This document shows, piece after piece, positions 18,703 through 28,488 of a DNA stretch of 55,785 nucleotides. Within the stretch, counting starts at the first letter, position 1, and each line of letters opens with the position of its first letter. The DNA is from a virus (Duplodnaviria; Caudoviricetes), in the IMG/VR virus record IMGVR_UViG_3300031652_000003, positions 1 to 55,785 of that record. One strand, given 5' to 3'. Position numbers and translations under genes: made by a program. Under the pieces are notes generated by a model that saw only the letters and a program-made list of their open reading frames with translations, was not told the origin of the DNA and searched no databases.

Positions 18703-18727
18703 TTTCCTGCTAGTTTCTAGCAGATTT

Positions 18728-18758
18728 AATCCCCGTTTCGTAATGTCACGGGGATTTT
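18728..18758 (+). terminator. Rho-independent terminator
   Basis: aatccccgt/acggggatt followed by Ts. Confidence 0.7.
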
Positions 18759-18759
18759 G

Positions 18760-18767
18760 TATATTTG
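18760..18767 (+). promoter_or_regulatory. -7 promoter box for the packaging genes
   Basis: TATATTTG. Confidence 0.6.
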
Positions 18768-18838
18768 CATATGTTTAATTGTAAGACAAAATAAGAAAAG
18801 CATTAACGCTAGGACATACGAATAAACAAATTAAAGAC

Positions 18839-19288
18839 ATGGCTTATTCACATAAAGAAAAGGAATTAATGTTTGATAAAATGATAGACTATATAAGCAA
18901 TGGTATGTCATTACGTACAGCATTAAAGCAAGAGGATGTGTTTAGTAAAACTATTTGGGATGAATTAATAAAAGATGAAAAAAAAAATACACGATACGCG
19001 CGCGCGTGTGCAGAGAGGGCAGATGCTATTTTTGAGGAAATAATTGAGATTGCCGATAATTCGGGTAATGACAAAATAGATTTAGGTGATGGAATTGAAG
19101 GCGTTAATCATGAAGCAATACAAAGAGATAGATTAAGAGTTGATGCTAGAAAATGGGCGGTATCAAAAATGAACCCGAAAAAGTACGGTGATAAATTAGG
19201 GTTAGAGCACTCAGGAGAGATAAAGACATCACCTTTAACTCCCGAAGCTGCAAAAGCTATAGACACTAACCTAAAAGAATCTATTTAA
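18839..19288 (+). CDS. terS: Terminase small subunit
   Basis: IQRDRLRVDARKWAVSKMNPKKYGDK; immediately upstream of TerL. Confidence 0.88.
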   Translation: MAYSHKEKELMFDKMIDYISNGMSLRTALKQEDVFSKTIWDELIKDEKKNTRYARACAERADAIFEEIIEIADNSGNDKIDLGDGIEGVNHEAIQRDRLRVDARKWAVSKMNPKKYGDKLGLEHSGEIKTSPLTPEAAKAIDTNLKESI

Positions 19289-20739
19289 TGGATTTTGATA
19301 ATCTAACAAATGATGAGATTTCAGTAGCTAGGTATAATTGTAATAAATCGCTGTTATATTTTACTAGATTTTGGTTTAGATTATTAAGAGGCTCAAAATT
19401 TATAGTCAATTGGCACCATAAGGATATATGTGAACAATTAGAAAGAGTTCAAAATTACGAATTAGAGTACTTAGGTATTAATATTCCTCCTAGGTTCAGT
19501 AAGACAGAATTAGCTGGGGTTAACTTTATTGCCCGGGGTATAGGAATGAACCCAAGCGGTAATTACCTTTATATTACAGCATCTGACGAATTACGCTCCG
19601 AAACATCGATAAGAATAAGAGACATAGTTTCTCACCCTGTATTTAACCGAATGTATGGGGTGGAAATGAAAGCCGACCAAAAGAGTAAAAACTTATGGAG
19701 AACAAAGCAGGGGGGAGGACTTAAAACTGCAACTGTATCTGGTCAAATAACTGGCTTTGGAGCTGGGCAAATGATAGACCATAGTAAAGAGTTGGAGGAT
19801 TATATAAGGGAGTTCGAAGGATGCATAGTGTTAGACGACCTCAATAAAACAGATGACGCTGAAATGCTTAATGCTAATAACACGAAGGTAGCTAGGGTTA
19901 TAGGAAACACGATTCTAAGTCGCGTAAACAGCCATGACACGCCAATAATAAACATACAACAAAGAGCTGGAACTGAGGATGCAACAGAATATTTTAATGA
20001 ACTTTATAGAGATAATGATAAAGCCGTAAATTTAGTCTATCCCATAATCTATAAAGGTGAAAGTTTATGGCCTTGGAAATTTCCAATGAAAAAAATCGAA
20101 GATTTAAAGAATAACCCTAAAACATCGCATACTTTTGAAACTCAATACATGCAGAATCCATTGCCGTTGGAAGGATTAGTATATCCCAATAAATTTCAAA
20201 CATATAAGGAATTACCTAAAGAGATTATCCAGGAAGATGGGAAAGATGTTGTTAGGTTGGTGGGTTGGTGTTTAGGTATAGTAGATTCGGCGGACAAAGG
20301 CGCAGACCATTTCTCAGCCCCCATTCTTCAAATTGTGGGCAACAGAATGTATTTAAAGGATGTTGTGTTTAACACAGATGAACTCATAACGCAAGAGGAT
20401 AAAATAGTTCAAAAGACCAAACAAAATAATGTTATTAAATGGGTGATAGAAACAAATCACGCCGGAAATTACTTTTCTGGTAGAGTAAGGAAACTTTTGC
20501 CTGATATTGAAGTGTTTGGCCAATGGTCTAGTACTAATAAAATGGGGCGTATTTTGGTTAGCGCTGGATTTTTAAATAAATATTTATTCGTCCCTGAAAA
20601 CCCCAATCATGAAATGAGTTTATTTTTAAATGAATGTTACAAACTACTTAAGACGTCGACTAAAAAAGATGACGCTCCAGACTCTTTAAGTATTGGAGTT
20701 GCTCATCTTGAAAAATATCATGGAATTTTTAACGAATAA
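19288..20739 (+). CDS. terL: Terminase large subunit
   Basis: INIPPRFSKT (Walker A), VLDD, QYMQNP, DSA, DDAPDSL nuclease motif. Confidence 0.93.
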   Translation: MDFDNLTNDEISVARYNCNKSLLYFTRFWFRLLRGSKFIVNWHHKDICEQLERVQNYELEYLGINIPPRFSKTELAGVNFIARGIGMNPSGNYLYITASDELRSETSIRIRDIVSHPVFNRMYGVEMKADQKSKNLWRTKQGGGLKTATVSGQITGFGAGQMIDHSKELEDYIREFEGCIVLDDLNKTDDAEMLNANNTKVARVIGNTILSRVNSHDTPIINIQQRAGTEDATEYFNELYRDNDKAVNLVYPIIYKGESLWPWKFPMKKIEDLKNNPKTSHTFETQYMQNPLPLEGLVYPNKFQTYKELPKEIIQEDGKDVVRLVGWCLGIVDSADKGADHFSAPILQIVGNRMYLKDVVFNTDELITQEDKIVQKTKQNNVIKWVIETNHAGNYFSGRVRKLLPDIEVFGQWSSTNKMGRILVSAGFLNKYLFVPENPNHEMSLFLNECYKLLKTSTKKDDAPDSLSIGVAHLEKYHGIFNE

Positions 20740-20751
20740 AACTAAATAATT

Positions 20752-21003
20752 ATGAAAAGAATAGGTAAGATTAAAATATCGGACTCATTTTTTAAAGATG
20801 AGCTTATTATAGATTTAGCACCATTATTCAGTAAGTTTATACCAATACATATAGAACATAGATTTCATCATAGAGATTGTGTTTATACTGGATATTGTGC
20901 TGATTTTGATAAAGTAGAAGATGTAATTGCAATACCGTATTACACATGTACTATGAAAAAAGATGGAGATACAATTGAAATATCATTTAATAAAGAAAAC
21001 TAA
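20752..21003 (+). CDS. Hypothetical protein (moron)
   Basis: Flanked by 20-bp direct repeats. Confidence 0.65.
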   Translation: MKRIGKIKISDSFFKDELIIDLAPLFSKFIPIHIEHRFHHRDCVYTGYCADFDKVEDVIAIPYYTCTMKKDGDTIEISFNKEN

Positions 21004-21009
21004 ATAATT

Positions 21010-21321
21010 ATGAAATATAAATTAGCCAAAGCAGGCTTATTAGATTGGATATCTAAAAATAAAGTTAGATACTTTAACAATAAGCCGAAGGCGTCTAAAA
21101 GACCAAAATCCATTGCAAATTATGTAAATTATATTACTCACGGCATGGCAGTAATACAGCATCATACAGAAACTAGCTGTAGGCCATGTAAATTAATACT
21201 TACAGATATGCCAGTAATAAAGCGTAAAAAATATTTTAAAGTGATACATTATAAACAAAGTGCTTATAAGTGCGCTTATTGCGGCTGGGAAAGTGAAATA
21301 ATTACAGAAAAAATAAACTAA
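21010..21321 (+). CDS. Hypothetical protein
   Basis: ORF track. Confidence 0.55.
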   Translation: MKYKLAKAGLLDWISKNKVRYFNNKPKASKRPKSIANYVNYITHGMAVIQHHTETSCRPCKLILTDMPVIKRKKYFKVIHYKQSAYKCAYCGWESEIITEKIN

Positions 21322-21326
21322 AAATT

Positions 21327-21641
21327 ATGGAAGGAAAATATTTAATTACGACGGATAATTGGTTCTATGCGCCAGACGGCTTACAATATAGGGCGGTATG
21401 GGGTAACGTATCAATAATAGAAGATGTATTTCTAGGATTAAAAACCAATAGAAACAGCACTAATTGGTACGCCAAGATAGGTTCAGATAAAAATCACTGT
21501 ATTGTAGCAGGGTGTCAAATATATTACGCTGTTAAATGCGATTCAAAGCCAAATATAAATGATGTTGAAGATTATTCAGCTGATGCAGAAAAAGGTAAGC
21601 AGTGTTACACAAGACGCACTAATATTTATATAGCAGAATAA
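21327..21641 (+). CDS. Hypothetical protein
   Basis: ORF track. Confidence 0.7.
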   Translation: MEGKYLITTDNWFYAPDGLQYRAVWGNVSIIEDVFLGLKTNRNSTNWYAKIGSDKNHCIVAGCQIYYAVKCDSKPNINDVEDYSADAEKGKQCYTRRTNIYIAE

Positions 21642-21793
21642 CAGTAAAAAAAATAAGAAATGATTATGAGAAAACATAAACCATCAGGAAATAAAACGCC
21701 TGCAAAAATACAAGCTGTTATTGACGCATTGAAAGAAGATTCATATTCAAACTACTCAGAATGTATAGATAATCATAGAAAAACAAAAAGACT

Positions 21794-22015
21794 ATGACAG
21801 CGCGAAACATTAAGACAGGTATAACTTACGAAGGAGGAAGAACTTATATAGGTAGTATTATAGGTCTTGACAGAGTCACATTATGGAGATGGGAAACTAA
21901 AAAAAATATAATTGAAGAAGAGTACAATGGGTATATAGTAAGATTTGATAACGTTGTGAGAGAAAAACAGAGGAAAGGGCAAAATCTAGAAAATTATAGG
22001 CATTATAAAAAATAA
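21794..22015 (+). CDS. Small HTH-like protein
   Basis: IGSIIGLDRVTLWRW is HTH-like. Confidence 0.5.
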   Translation: MTARNIKTGITYEGGRTYIGSIIGLDRVTLWRWETKKNIIEEEYNGYIVRFDNVVREKQRKGQNLENYRHYKK

Positions 22016-22026
22016 TCCTCTCAAAT

Positions 22027-22115
22027 GGAAAAGTAAGTCCATAACTGGTATTGGCGCGCCCTGCTAAGGCGTTCATCGTTAGTTCGGTGTAAGAGTTCGA
22101 GTCTCTTCTTTTCCG
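22027..22115 (+). tRNA. trnS: tRNA-Ser(GCT)
   Basis: Acceptor ggaaaag/cttttcc with G discriminator, anticodon arm gcgcc-ctGCTaa-ggcgt, long variable arm, aagag-ttcgagt-ctctt T arm. Confidence 0.88.
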
Positions 22116-22158
22116 CAAAGTAATAAATACATGGTGTAAACGTTGCAATAATACTCAG

Positions 22159-22199
22159 CTTAACATAATATTACTTAACATAATATTACTTAACATAAT
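22159..22199. repeat. Tandem 15-bp repeat, about 2.7 copies (cttaacataatatta)
   Basis: Directly upstream of a TAATTTTG -7 box and the portal gene. Confidence 0.85.
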
Positions 22200-22230
22200 G
22201 TTTTTGTAATTTTGTGTAAACATGTTTTAA

Positions 22231-23583
22231 ATGAGTAGTTGGAACTTTCGAAGTCTTATTAATGTTTTTAACAAGAGGGGTATTTCGCGCAACTCCTCAA
22301 TTAACAGTACTTTTCAGTACTTAATAGATAAACCAGCTTGGTTGTCTTTATCAACTCCAACACAATTCCGACAAGCAGTATCTGAGAACCCAGTGTTAAA
22401 CGGGTGTATTTCTATATTAGCTCAAGCAGCAGCCAACGGGCGTAAGTACTTGGTAGATTTAGAAGGCAATGAGGTTCCTTGGTCAGATAAAAAACCGGCT
22501 GTACAAGCAGCTAAGAAGTTGTTTGTTGATAGGCCAAATCCCCTACAATCTCCTTTTGAATTTAATTATGAGCGTTATTATTATTTACCCACATTTGGGA
22601 ATAATTACGTTTATATGAATAATCCATCGAGCATGGAAACAGATATATTGACTGTTAAGAGCCTTATGAATCTTAATTCCGAGTTTGTACAGGTTCAGCA
22701 GACAGGAAAGCTATTTGACCAAATAACCTTAGAAGGTATTATATCTAAATATGTTTTAACTAATTACAACCCTGTAAAAGAATTCGAAACAAGCAGGATA
22801 ATCCATTTTAACGAAGTCAACACTTCAGGAATAGGCGCGTCAATAATGGGTACTTCAAGATTGCAAACATTATCATTGCCTATTGAAAACACTCAATTAG
22901 CTTTTGAGGCTATGAATGTAATCTTGAAGTCGAGAGGAATGCAAGGTATTATTAAAACCGTTAGCAAGGATGCTACGGGAGCTTCAATACCTTTGATGGG
23001 GGAAACCAAAAAAGATGTTGATGCTAAATTTAAAAATGACTACGGAATAGGCAAAAATCAAAAACAATTCCTTATAGTAAACGCAGATATTGAATATATA
23101 AAAACCATAATGAATTCCGAAGAGCTAGGTATTTATAAGGAATTCCAAAACAACGCGATGATTATTAGCAATGGTTTAGGTATCCCGCCTGAAATTTATA
23201 AGATAAATTCTCAAGGCTCTACTTTTAATAATCAATCTCAATATATTAAAAGTCTTTATCAGGATAGAGTAATTCCCATGGTTGAAAATGATGATGCAAT
23301 CTACAATGATAGACTTAAATTCAAAGATTATGGACTAGAATTAAAAACAAGCTTCGAACATATTCCAGCTTTGCAGGAATCATTCAAAGAAGAAGCTTCG
23401 GCGCTTAATATGAACGTTAGAAGTGCTGAATTAGCTTATAACAATAACACTATCACGTGGAATAAATATCTGGAAATAATCGGTGAGGAAGGAATAGGGA
23501 ACGAAGGTGAGATTTATAAGTATGAACGTGATTTATTAACAATGCCTAAAAAGGAAGACGATGGAAATCAAGAAACAGCCTAA
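22231..23583 (+). CDS. Portal protein (HK97-like)
   Basis: RPNPLQS, FGNNY, IIHF, GTSRL, GIPP; position after TerL. Confidence 0.88.
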   Translation: MSSWNFRSLINVFNKRGISRNSSINSTFQYLIDKPAWLSLSTPTQFRQAVSENPVLNGCISILAQAAANGRKYLVDLEGNEVPWSDKKPAVQAAKKLFVDRPNPLQSPFEFNYERYYYLPTFGNNYVYMNNPSSMETDILTVKSLMNLNSEFVQVQQTGKLFDQITLEGIISKYVLTNYNPVKEFETSRIIHFNEVNTSGIGASIMGTSRLQTLSLPIENTQLAFEAMNVILKSRGMQGIIKTVSKDATGASIPLMGETKKDVDAKFKNDYGIGKNQKQFLIVNADIEYIKTIMNSEELGIYKEFQNNAMIISNGLGIPPEIYKINSQGSTFNNQSQYIKSLYQDRVIPMVENDDAIYNDRLKFKDYGLELKTSFEHIPALQESFKEEASALNMNVRSAELAYNNNTITWNKYLEIIGEEGIGNEGEIYKYERDLLTMPKKEDDGNQETA

Positions 23584-23669
23584 GAAATTAAGCAGAGATT
23601 TTATACAAAAGCTAAAAGCTAGAAAGGCTAAGAAACTCGAAGATGTAGAAATGATTAAAAAGTAACGCT

Positions 23670-24515
23670 ATGATACACTGCAAAGAATTAAATATAGATT
23701 ATGCAACTAAAAAGGAAATGTATTCGGCTTTAGTTGAGAATAAAGATATCTTAATAGCTCAAAAGAAAGCAATTAAAAAAGAGGTTGATTGCGGTGTTGT
23801 TGTTAATCCTATTATAGTTAGAGACAAACAAGAAGCTAATAAGCAAGATGGAGATATTATAGACCCCATAAATTTAAATGAGCTTAAAGTAGTTGTTATT
23901 ATTAATACAACTAATTTTCTAGATAAGCATGGCGATGTCCATATTCCCGGATTATGGAGTAAAAGTTTATCTGAAAATAAAATGATAATGCATTTGCAAG
24001 GGCATAAAATGGAGTTTGATAAAATTATTGCGGATGGGGAACAATTAAAAGCTTATACAAAAACATATACTTGGGCAGAACTTGGATATTCTTATGAAGG
24101 AATGACTGAGGGGTTAACGTTTGAGTCTACTATTTTAAGAAAGCGTAATGAATTTATGTTAAATCAGTACGCTAATGGATGGGTAAAAAATCATTCTGTT
24201 GGCATGTATTATGTTAAAATGGATTTCGCTATAAATGATGAAGATTATCCAAACGAGTTTGAAGCATGGAATAAATATTACCCCCAAATAGCAAACAAAG
24301 AGGTTGCTGATGACAAGGGTTATTTTTGGTATGTATTAGAAGCGAAAGTAATAGAGGGTTCGGCTGTTCCAATCGGGAGCAACTCAGCTACCCCAACTTT
24401 AGATAATGGAATGAAATCTGATGATTTAATTAAAACAGAAAAAACATTAGAAAATAATATAGCTCCTATTAATTTATTCGATTATAAATATCTAAGAGAA
24501 AACTACAAAAGATGA
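23670..24515 (+). CDS. Prohead maturation protease
   Basis: DKHGDVH, HSVGM, EGSAV..GSN..TP. Confidence 0.82.
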   Translation: MIHCKELNIDYATKKEMYSALVENKDILIAQKKAIKKEVDCGVVVNPIIVRDKQEANKQDGDIIDPINLNELKVVVIINTTNFLDKHGDVHIPGLWSKSLSENKMIMHLQGHKMEFDKIIADGEQLKAYTKTYTWAELGYSYEGMTEGLTFESTILRKRNEFMLNQYANGWVKNHSVGMYYVKMDFAINDEDYPNEFEAWNKYYPQIANKEVADDKGYFWYVLEAKVIEGSAVPIGSNSATPTLDNGMKSDDLIKTEKTLENNIAPINLFDYKYLRENYKR

Positions 24516-25027
24516 AAGAGATATTTTTAACACAAAATAAAGTAGCCTTAGTTGATGATAAAGATTTTGATTATCTAAATCAATTTAAGTGGTATGCTGA
24601 ACGCAAAGGTAATACATATTATGCGGCTAGAAAGATAGTTGTAAACGGATTAAAAACATCTATTAGGATGCACACGGTAATTTTAAATATAAAAAATGGG
24701 TTAATATGCGACCATATAGACCATAATGGATTAAATAATCAAAGGAATAATATAAGGATTTGCACTAATAGACAAAATTCAATGAACAAAAGTTCATCAG
24801 GCATATCAAAATACCTAGGTGTTTCGCCTAGCAATATAGATAAAAAACCATGGAGAGCATTTATAAAAATAAATGGTAAAAGTACGTCTTTAGGTTATTT
24901 TAAAACAGAAAAAGATGCTGCAAAAATTTACAACGAGGCAGCTAAAGAACACTTTAAAGAATTTGCAAACTTAAATATATTAGAGCCGTTGAAACAACAC
25001 TCTAATATCTTAGAGCCGCAACTATAG
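24512..25027 (+). CDS. HNH homing endonuclease with AP2 domain
   Basis: ALVDDKDF, DHIDHNGLNNQRNNIR, SKYLGV..WRA.I..LGYF. Confidence 0.92.
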   Translation: MKEIFLTQNKVALVDDKDFDYLNQFKWYAERKGNTYYAARKIVVNGLKTSIRMHTVILNIKNGLICDHIDHNGLNNQRNNIRICTNRQNSMNKSSSGISKYLGVSPSNIDKKPWRAFIKINGKSTSLGYFKTEKDAAKIYNEAAKEHFKEFANLNILEPLKQHSNILEPQL

Positions 25028-25078
25028 CACTCTAATAATTAATTATAATTATTTACGACAAAATTTAAAATTAAAGTA

Positions 25079-26419
25079 ATGACACCAGAAGAAAAAGCAC
25101 AAAAAGATTTGCTTTTACAAGAAATAAAAGCAGAAGTACAAGGGCTTATTGATGACTCTCAAAAAGAGAACGTCACAAAGGCCGACCTTGATTCTAAAGT
25201 TTCTGAGATTAACAATAAGATTGAATCATCTCTAGACAATGAAGGAATGAGAGCGCTTAAAGAAAGCGTTGATGAATTGGTACAGAATTCTAGCGACAAC
25301 ACAGCAGCTATTAAAGCTCTGACTGAAAAAGCAGCTCAGACAATTGATGAAGCTCCAAAAGATTTTAGAAGTGCCTTAAAAGCCGCTATTCTTACTAAAA
25401 AAGACTTGGTTCTTACTGAAAAGAACGACGACAACGGCCAAAGACTTTCTCTAAAAGACTATTTTACCGAAAAAGGTAATAAGCAAACGCCTGTATTTAA
25501 AGTTGCGGTTGATATGCTTGAGTCTAATATTGTGCAGTCAAATGTAGCAACTGTTAGATTAACTGAGCTTGATCCTAATCGTGTAGGTATTCCTTTAACA
25601 GTTTATCCACATGTGTTAGATTGGATTCCTTCAAGAGGTATCGCAAAACCTTATATGAGTGTTTTAGTTGCTTATTCTTATGAGGACGGAGTAGGAACTA
25701 AAACTGAAGGTTCAGCCCCTAGTAAATCTAGTTTCTTATTTAAGACTGTAGGGTTTAGCGCCTTCACTATTGGAACTTATTTCACTTTATCTGATGAGAC
25801 TCTTGACGATTTAGACGAAACATTAGACGAGATTTCTATAGTAGCTCCCGATAAAATTCAAGATAATGTAGATGAGCAGGTTTTGGGTGCTTTAGGAAAC
25901 GACACTACAGCTCTAGCAGGTTTATTGACTGCAAATAAGAATACTGCTTTTGTTCCAACAACTTATGCAGGTTCCGTTGCAGGTGCTAATCTAATTGATG
26001 TATTTACTAAAATGAAGCTTTCGGCTTTAGCTAATAAATATAGACCTGATACAATTATTCTTAATCCTAATACTATTGATAATATCGCAGCTATCAAAGA
26101 CCAACTTGATAACTCAATTATGGATAGAAGGATACGTTTTGACAACATGGGTAACCCTGTTGCAATAGCCGGAATGCGTATTGTTGCTGCTACCGACATG
26201 GTGGAAGGTACAGGTGTTGTTCTTAGCTCTGCCCAACTGCTAATTGGTAAGCGTAGAGAAATGACAATGGAAATAGGATATAACGGCACTGACTTTACAG
26301 AAGGACAGAAAACAGTAGTTATTAATATTCGTATTGCCTTTGCCGTAAGGGATAAAGCTGCTGTTATTTATTCAGATGGTCTTGATGCAGCTAAAGACGT
26401 AATTGATGCAGGAGTATAA
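25079..26419 (+). CDS. Major capsid protein (HK97 fold, N-terminal coiled-coil delta domain)
   Basis: Position, coiled-coil N-terminus, EG..P.S, ILNP, G.DF..G..TV....R. Confidence 0.88.
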   Translation: MTPEEKAQKDLLLQEIKAEVQGLIDDSQKENVTKADLDSKVSEINNKIESSLDNEGMRALKESVDELVQNSSDNTAAIKALTEKAAQTIDEAPKDFRSALKAAILTKKDLVLTEKNDDNGQRLSLKDYFTEKGNKQTPVFKVAVDMLESNIVQSNVATVRLTELDPNRVGIPLTVYPHVLDWIPSRGIAKPYMSVLVAYSYEDGVGTKTEGSAPSKSSFLFKTVGFSAFTIGTYFTLSDETLDDLDETLDEISIVAPDKIQDNVDEQVLGALGNDTTALAGLLTANKNTAFVPTTYAGSVAGANLIDVFTKMKLSALANKYRPDTIILNPNTIDNIAAIKDQLDNSIMDRRIRFDNMGNPVAIAGMRIVAATDMVEGTGVVLSSAQLLIGKRREMTMEIGYNGTDFTEGQKTVVINIRIAFAVRDKAAVIYSDGLDAAKDVIDAGV

Positions 26420-26423
26420 GAGT

Positions 26424-26885
26424 ATGAAAAAGTTAATTATAATGTTAATTGCAGCTCTAGGAATTGCAATTAGCGCACAAGCACAAACAAAGGCAACAGA
26501 AGTTGCGCCTAATGGATATATATCTGATGAATATTATGGATATATTTTTGGAACCACTTCAGACACGCTAACAAACGCTGATACTTTGACATGGGTAGTG
26601 CGCTGTAAGGGTGGTCATACTCAGAATTGGAATATTAAATTGTATCTTGACCATGTGTCTGGTACCGCTGGCGGTAATTTATGGGTAACTCAATCAATGG
26701 ACGGGGTAACTTATGTTCCTGAAGCAGGAGATACTATTACTGCAAGTTCTGTAACTGGTGATGTAATGGATACTCAGACAATAAGTAAGACAGACTTCTT
26801 ATACCCTTACTTAAAGTTTTATTATATCCAAACAGGGACAGCGGTTACTATACCTAAAGTATGGATTTACACAAAACCTGACTAA
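26424..26885 (+). CDS. Possible capsid decoration protein with a Sec signal peptide
   Basis: MKKLIIMLIAALGIAISAQA-Q; beta-rich; follows the capsid gene. Confidence 0.6.
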   Translation: MKKLIIMLIAALGIAISAQAQTKATEVAPNGYISDEYYGYIFGTTSDTLTNADTLTWVVRCKGGHTQNWNIKLYLDHVSGTAGGNLWVTQSMDGVTYVPEAGDTITASSVTGDVMDTQTISKTDFLYPYLKFYYIQTGTAVTIPKVWIYTKPD

Positions 26886-27094
26886 TGAAAGCTAAGTTAA
26901 AAAACGGTAAAACAATAAAAGGCAAGCTGGCAGATACTTTCTGTCGGCTTGGTATTGCCGTTGAAGTGAAAGAAGCTAAAACGGAGCAGCCTATTACTAA
27001 TACCCCTGTTGTAAAGCAAGAGGTTAAACGTAAAAGAAGAACTAAAGCAGAGATTGAAGCTGATAAAAAGCGAAAAAATGAAAAATCTATTTAA
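26885..27094 (+). CDS. Small basic head-region protein
   Basis: ORF track. Confidence 0.6.
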   Translation: MKAKLKNGKTIKGKLADTFCRLGIAVEVKEAKTEQPITNTPVVKQEVKRKRRTKAEIEADKKRKNEKSI

Positions 27095-27139
27095 CATAAT
27101 ATTATTTTTTGCTTTAAAATTCAGTATTAAATATAGAAA

Positions 27140-27760
27140 ATGAGTATAATTAATGCGACATATTATAAAGGAGACATAAATCTTACAGCTACCCAACTAA
27201 ATGGATTAATAGACGGTTCAGGGTCTGATTGGCAAAGCATTTATGAGGACGTAATAATGGAGAAGCTTTTAGGCTATCCTTTGTTTAAGCTTTATAAAGC
27301 CGATTTAAATGACACAAGCGATCCAACAGCCACAAGATTTAAATCTTTAGTTGATGGAGATGAATTCTCTTTTGGATATGCGGGAAATACAATTGAGACA
27401 AAATGGATGGGGTTGAGGAATAAAACTCTGTTAACATCTCTCGTTGCTTATTATGTTTATTATCAATATAGGAATGAAACCGAAACATTCAATTCTGGTT
27501 CTGGACAGAAAAAGACCAAAACAGAAAACTCAGTAGACGTGGATGTTAGACCAAAACTTATTAATAGCTGGAACAAGATGATTTATCTGTATGGCCACAT
27601 CCCTAGCTGTTACGCGAATAAAGATAATTTTCTTAACAATGATAATTATGTTCATTACAATTCTCTACCGTCAGCTTACAACTATTTGTTAGCTAATATT
27701 GACACATATCCGGAATGGATATTTGAACCTTTAGAAACGCAAAATATTTTTGGGATATGA
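27140..27760 (+). CDS. Putative head-tail adaptor
   Basis: Synteny. Confidence 0.55.
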   Translation: MSIINATYYKGDINLTATQLNGLIDGSGSDWQSIYEDVIMEKLLGYPLFKLYKADLNDTSDPTATRFKSLVDGDEFSFGYAGNTIETKWMGLRNKTLLTSLVAYYVYYQYRNETETFNSGSGQKKTKTENSVDVDVRPKLINSWNKMIYLYGHIPSCYANKDNFLNNDNYVHYNSLPSAYNYLLANIDTYPEWIFEPLETQNIFGI

Positions 27761-28488
27761 CAGATAGAAAATATTTTGTAGATGTATTTAGCGACATTGT
27801 AGATGCGATGAGAGCGACTGGAACAATAATTGGCTCTAGTGAAGTGAGTGGAACTTATACACTAATTTCTGACAATTCATTTAACGCTTATGAATCCGTC
27901 AAGATTAATGATGTAGATTACCTAATAATAAGTGCTACATCAACGCAATTTATCATTCAAGCTGCTACTGGTCTCGATTTTACAGGCGAATCATGGCAGG
28001 CTTTAGCCCCTTATTATATCTACGGGCATTATTTGGAAATAACAAATAGATTAGATTTAAAAAGCAGGAAAGCTGTAGATAAATTTAGAATATGGCCTTT
28101 AATAGTTTTAATACTTGACTTGAAAGAAAAGCATGATGAAAGTGTAAACTATATTTATTCTTTGGATTCGATCTCTCTATATATAGTCACCCCTACACCG
28201 GATAAGACAGCGACGTCACCAACACGGAAAGAAACCGTATTTGAGCCTATATTATATCCTTTATATTGGGATTTGATAGAAAAAATTAAGGAATCGAAAG
28301 CTGTATCTACGCCAAAAAATTTATTAGAGCATGAAAAATATGATAGATACGGCTGGGGAAATGAAACAGCTTACGGAAACGAGGGATTAGTTTTTAATGA
28401 ATTTCTCGATGCTATTCAAGTAAACACATCTGATATAAAGGTATACAGAAACACAATAAATCCTGGATGTACAGGAATTAGTTTATGA
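27757..28488 (+). CDS. Putative neck or tail terminator protein
   Basis: Synteny. Confidence 0.5.
   Translation: MTDRKYFVDVFSDIVDAMRATGTIIGSSEVSGTYTLISDNSFNAYESVKINDVDYLIISATSTQFIIQAATGLDFTGESWQALAPYYIYGHYLEITNRLDLKSRKAVDKFRIWPLIVLILDLKEKHDESVNYIYSLDSISLYIVTPTPDKTATSPTRKETVFEPILYPLYWDLIEKIKESKAVSTPKNLLEHEKYDRYGWGNETAYGNEGLVFNEFLDAIQVNTSDIKVYRNTINPGCTGISL

Noticed and set aside
25603-25611. DnaA boxes (ttatccaca here and its complement near 48091)
   Set aside because: Two isolated hits inside ORFs are near chance expectation, and there is no cluster.
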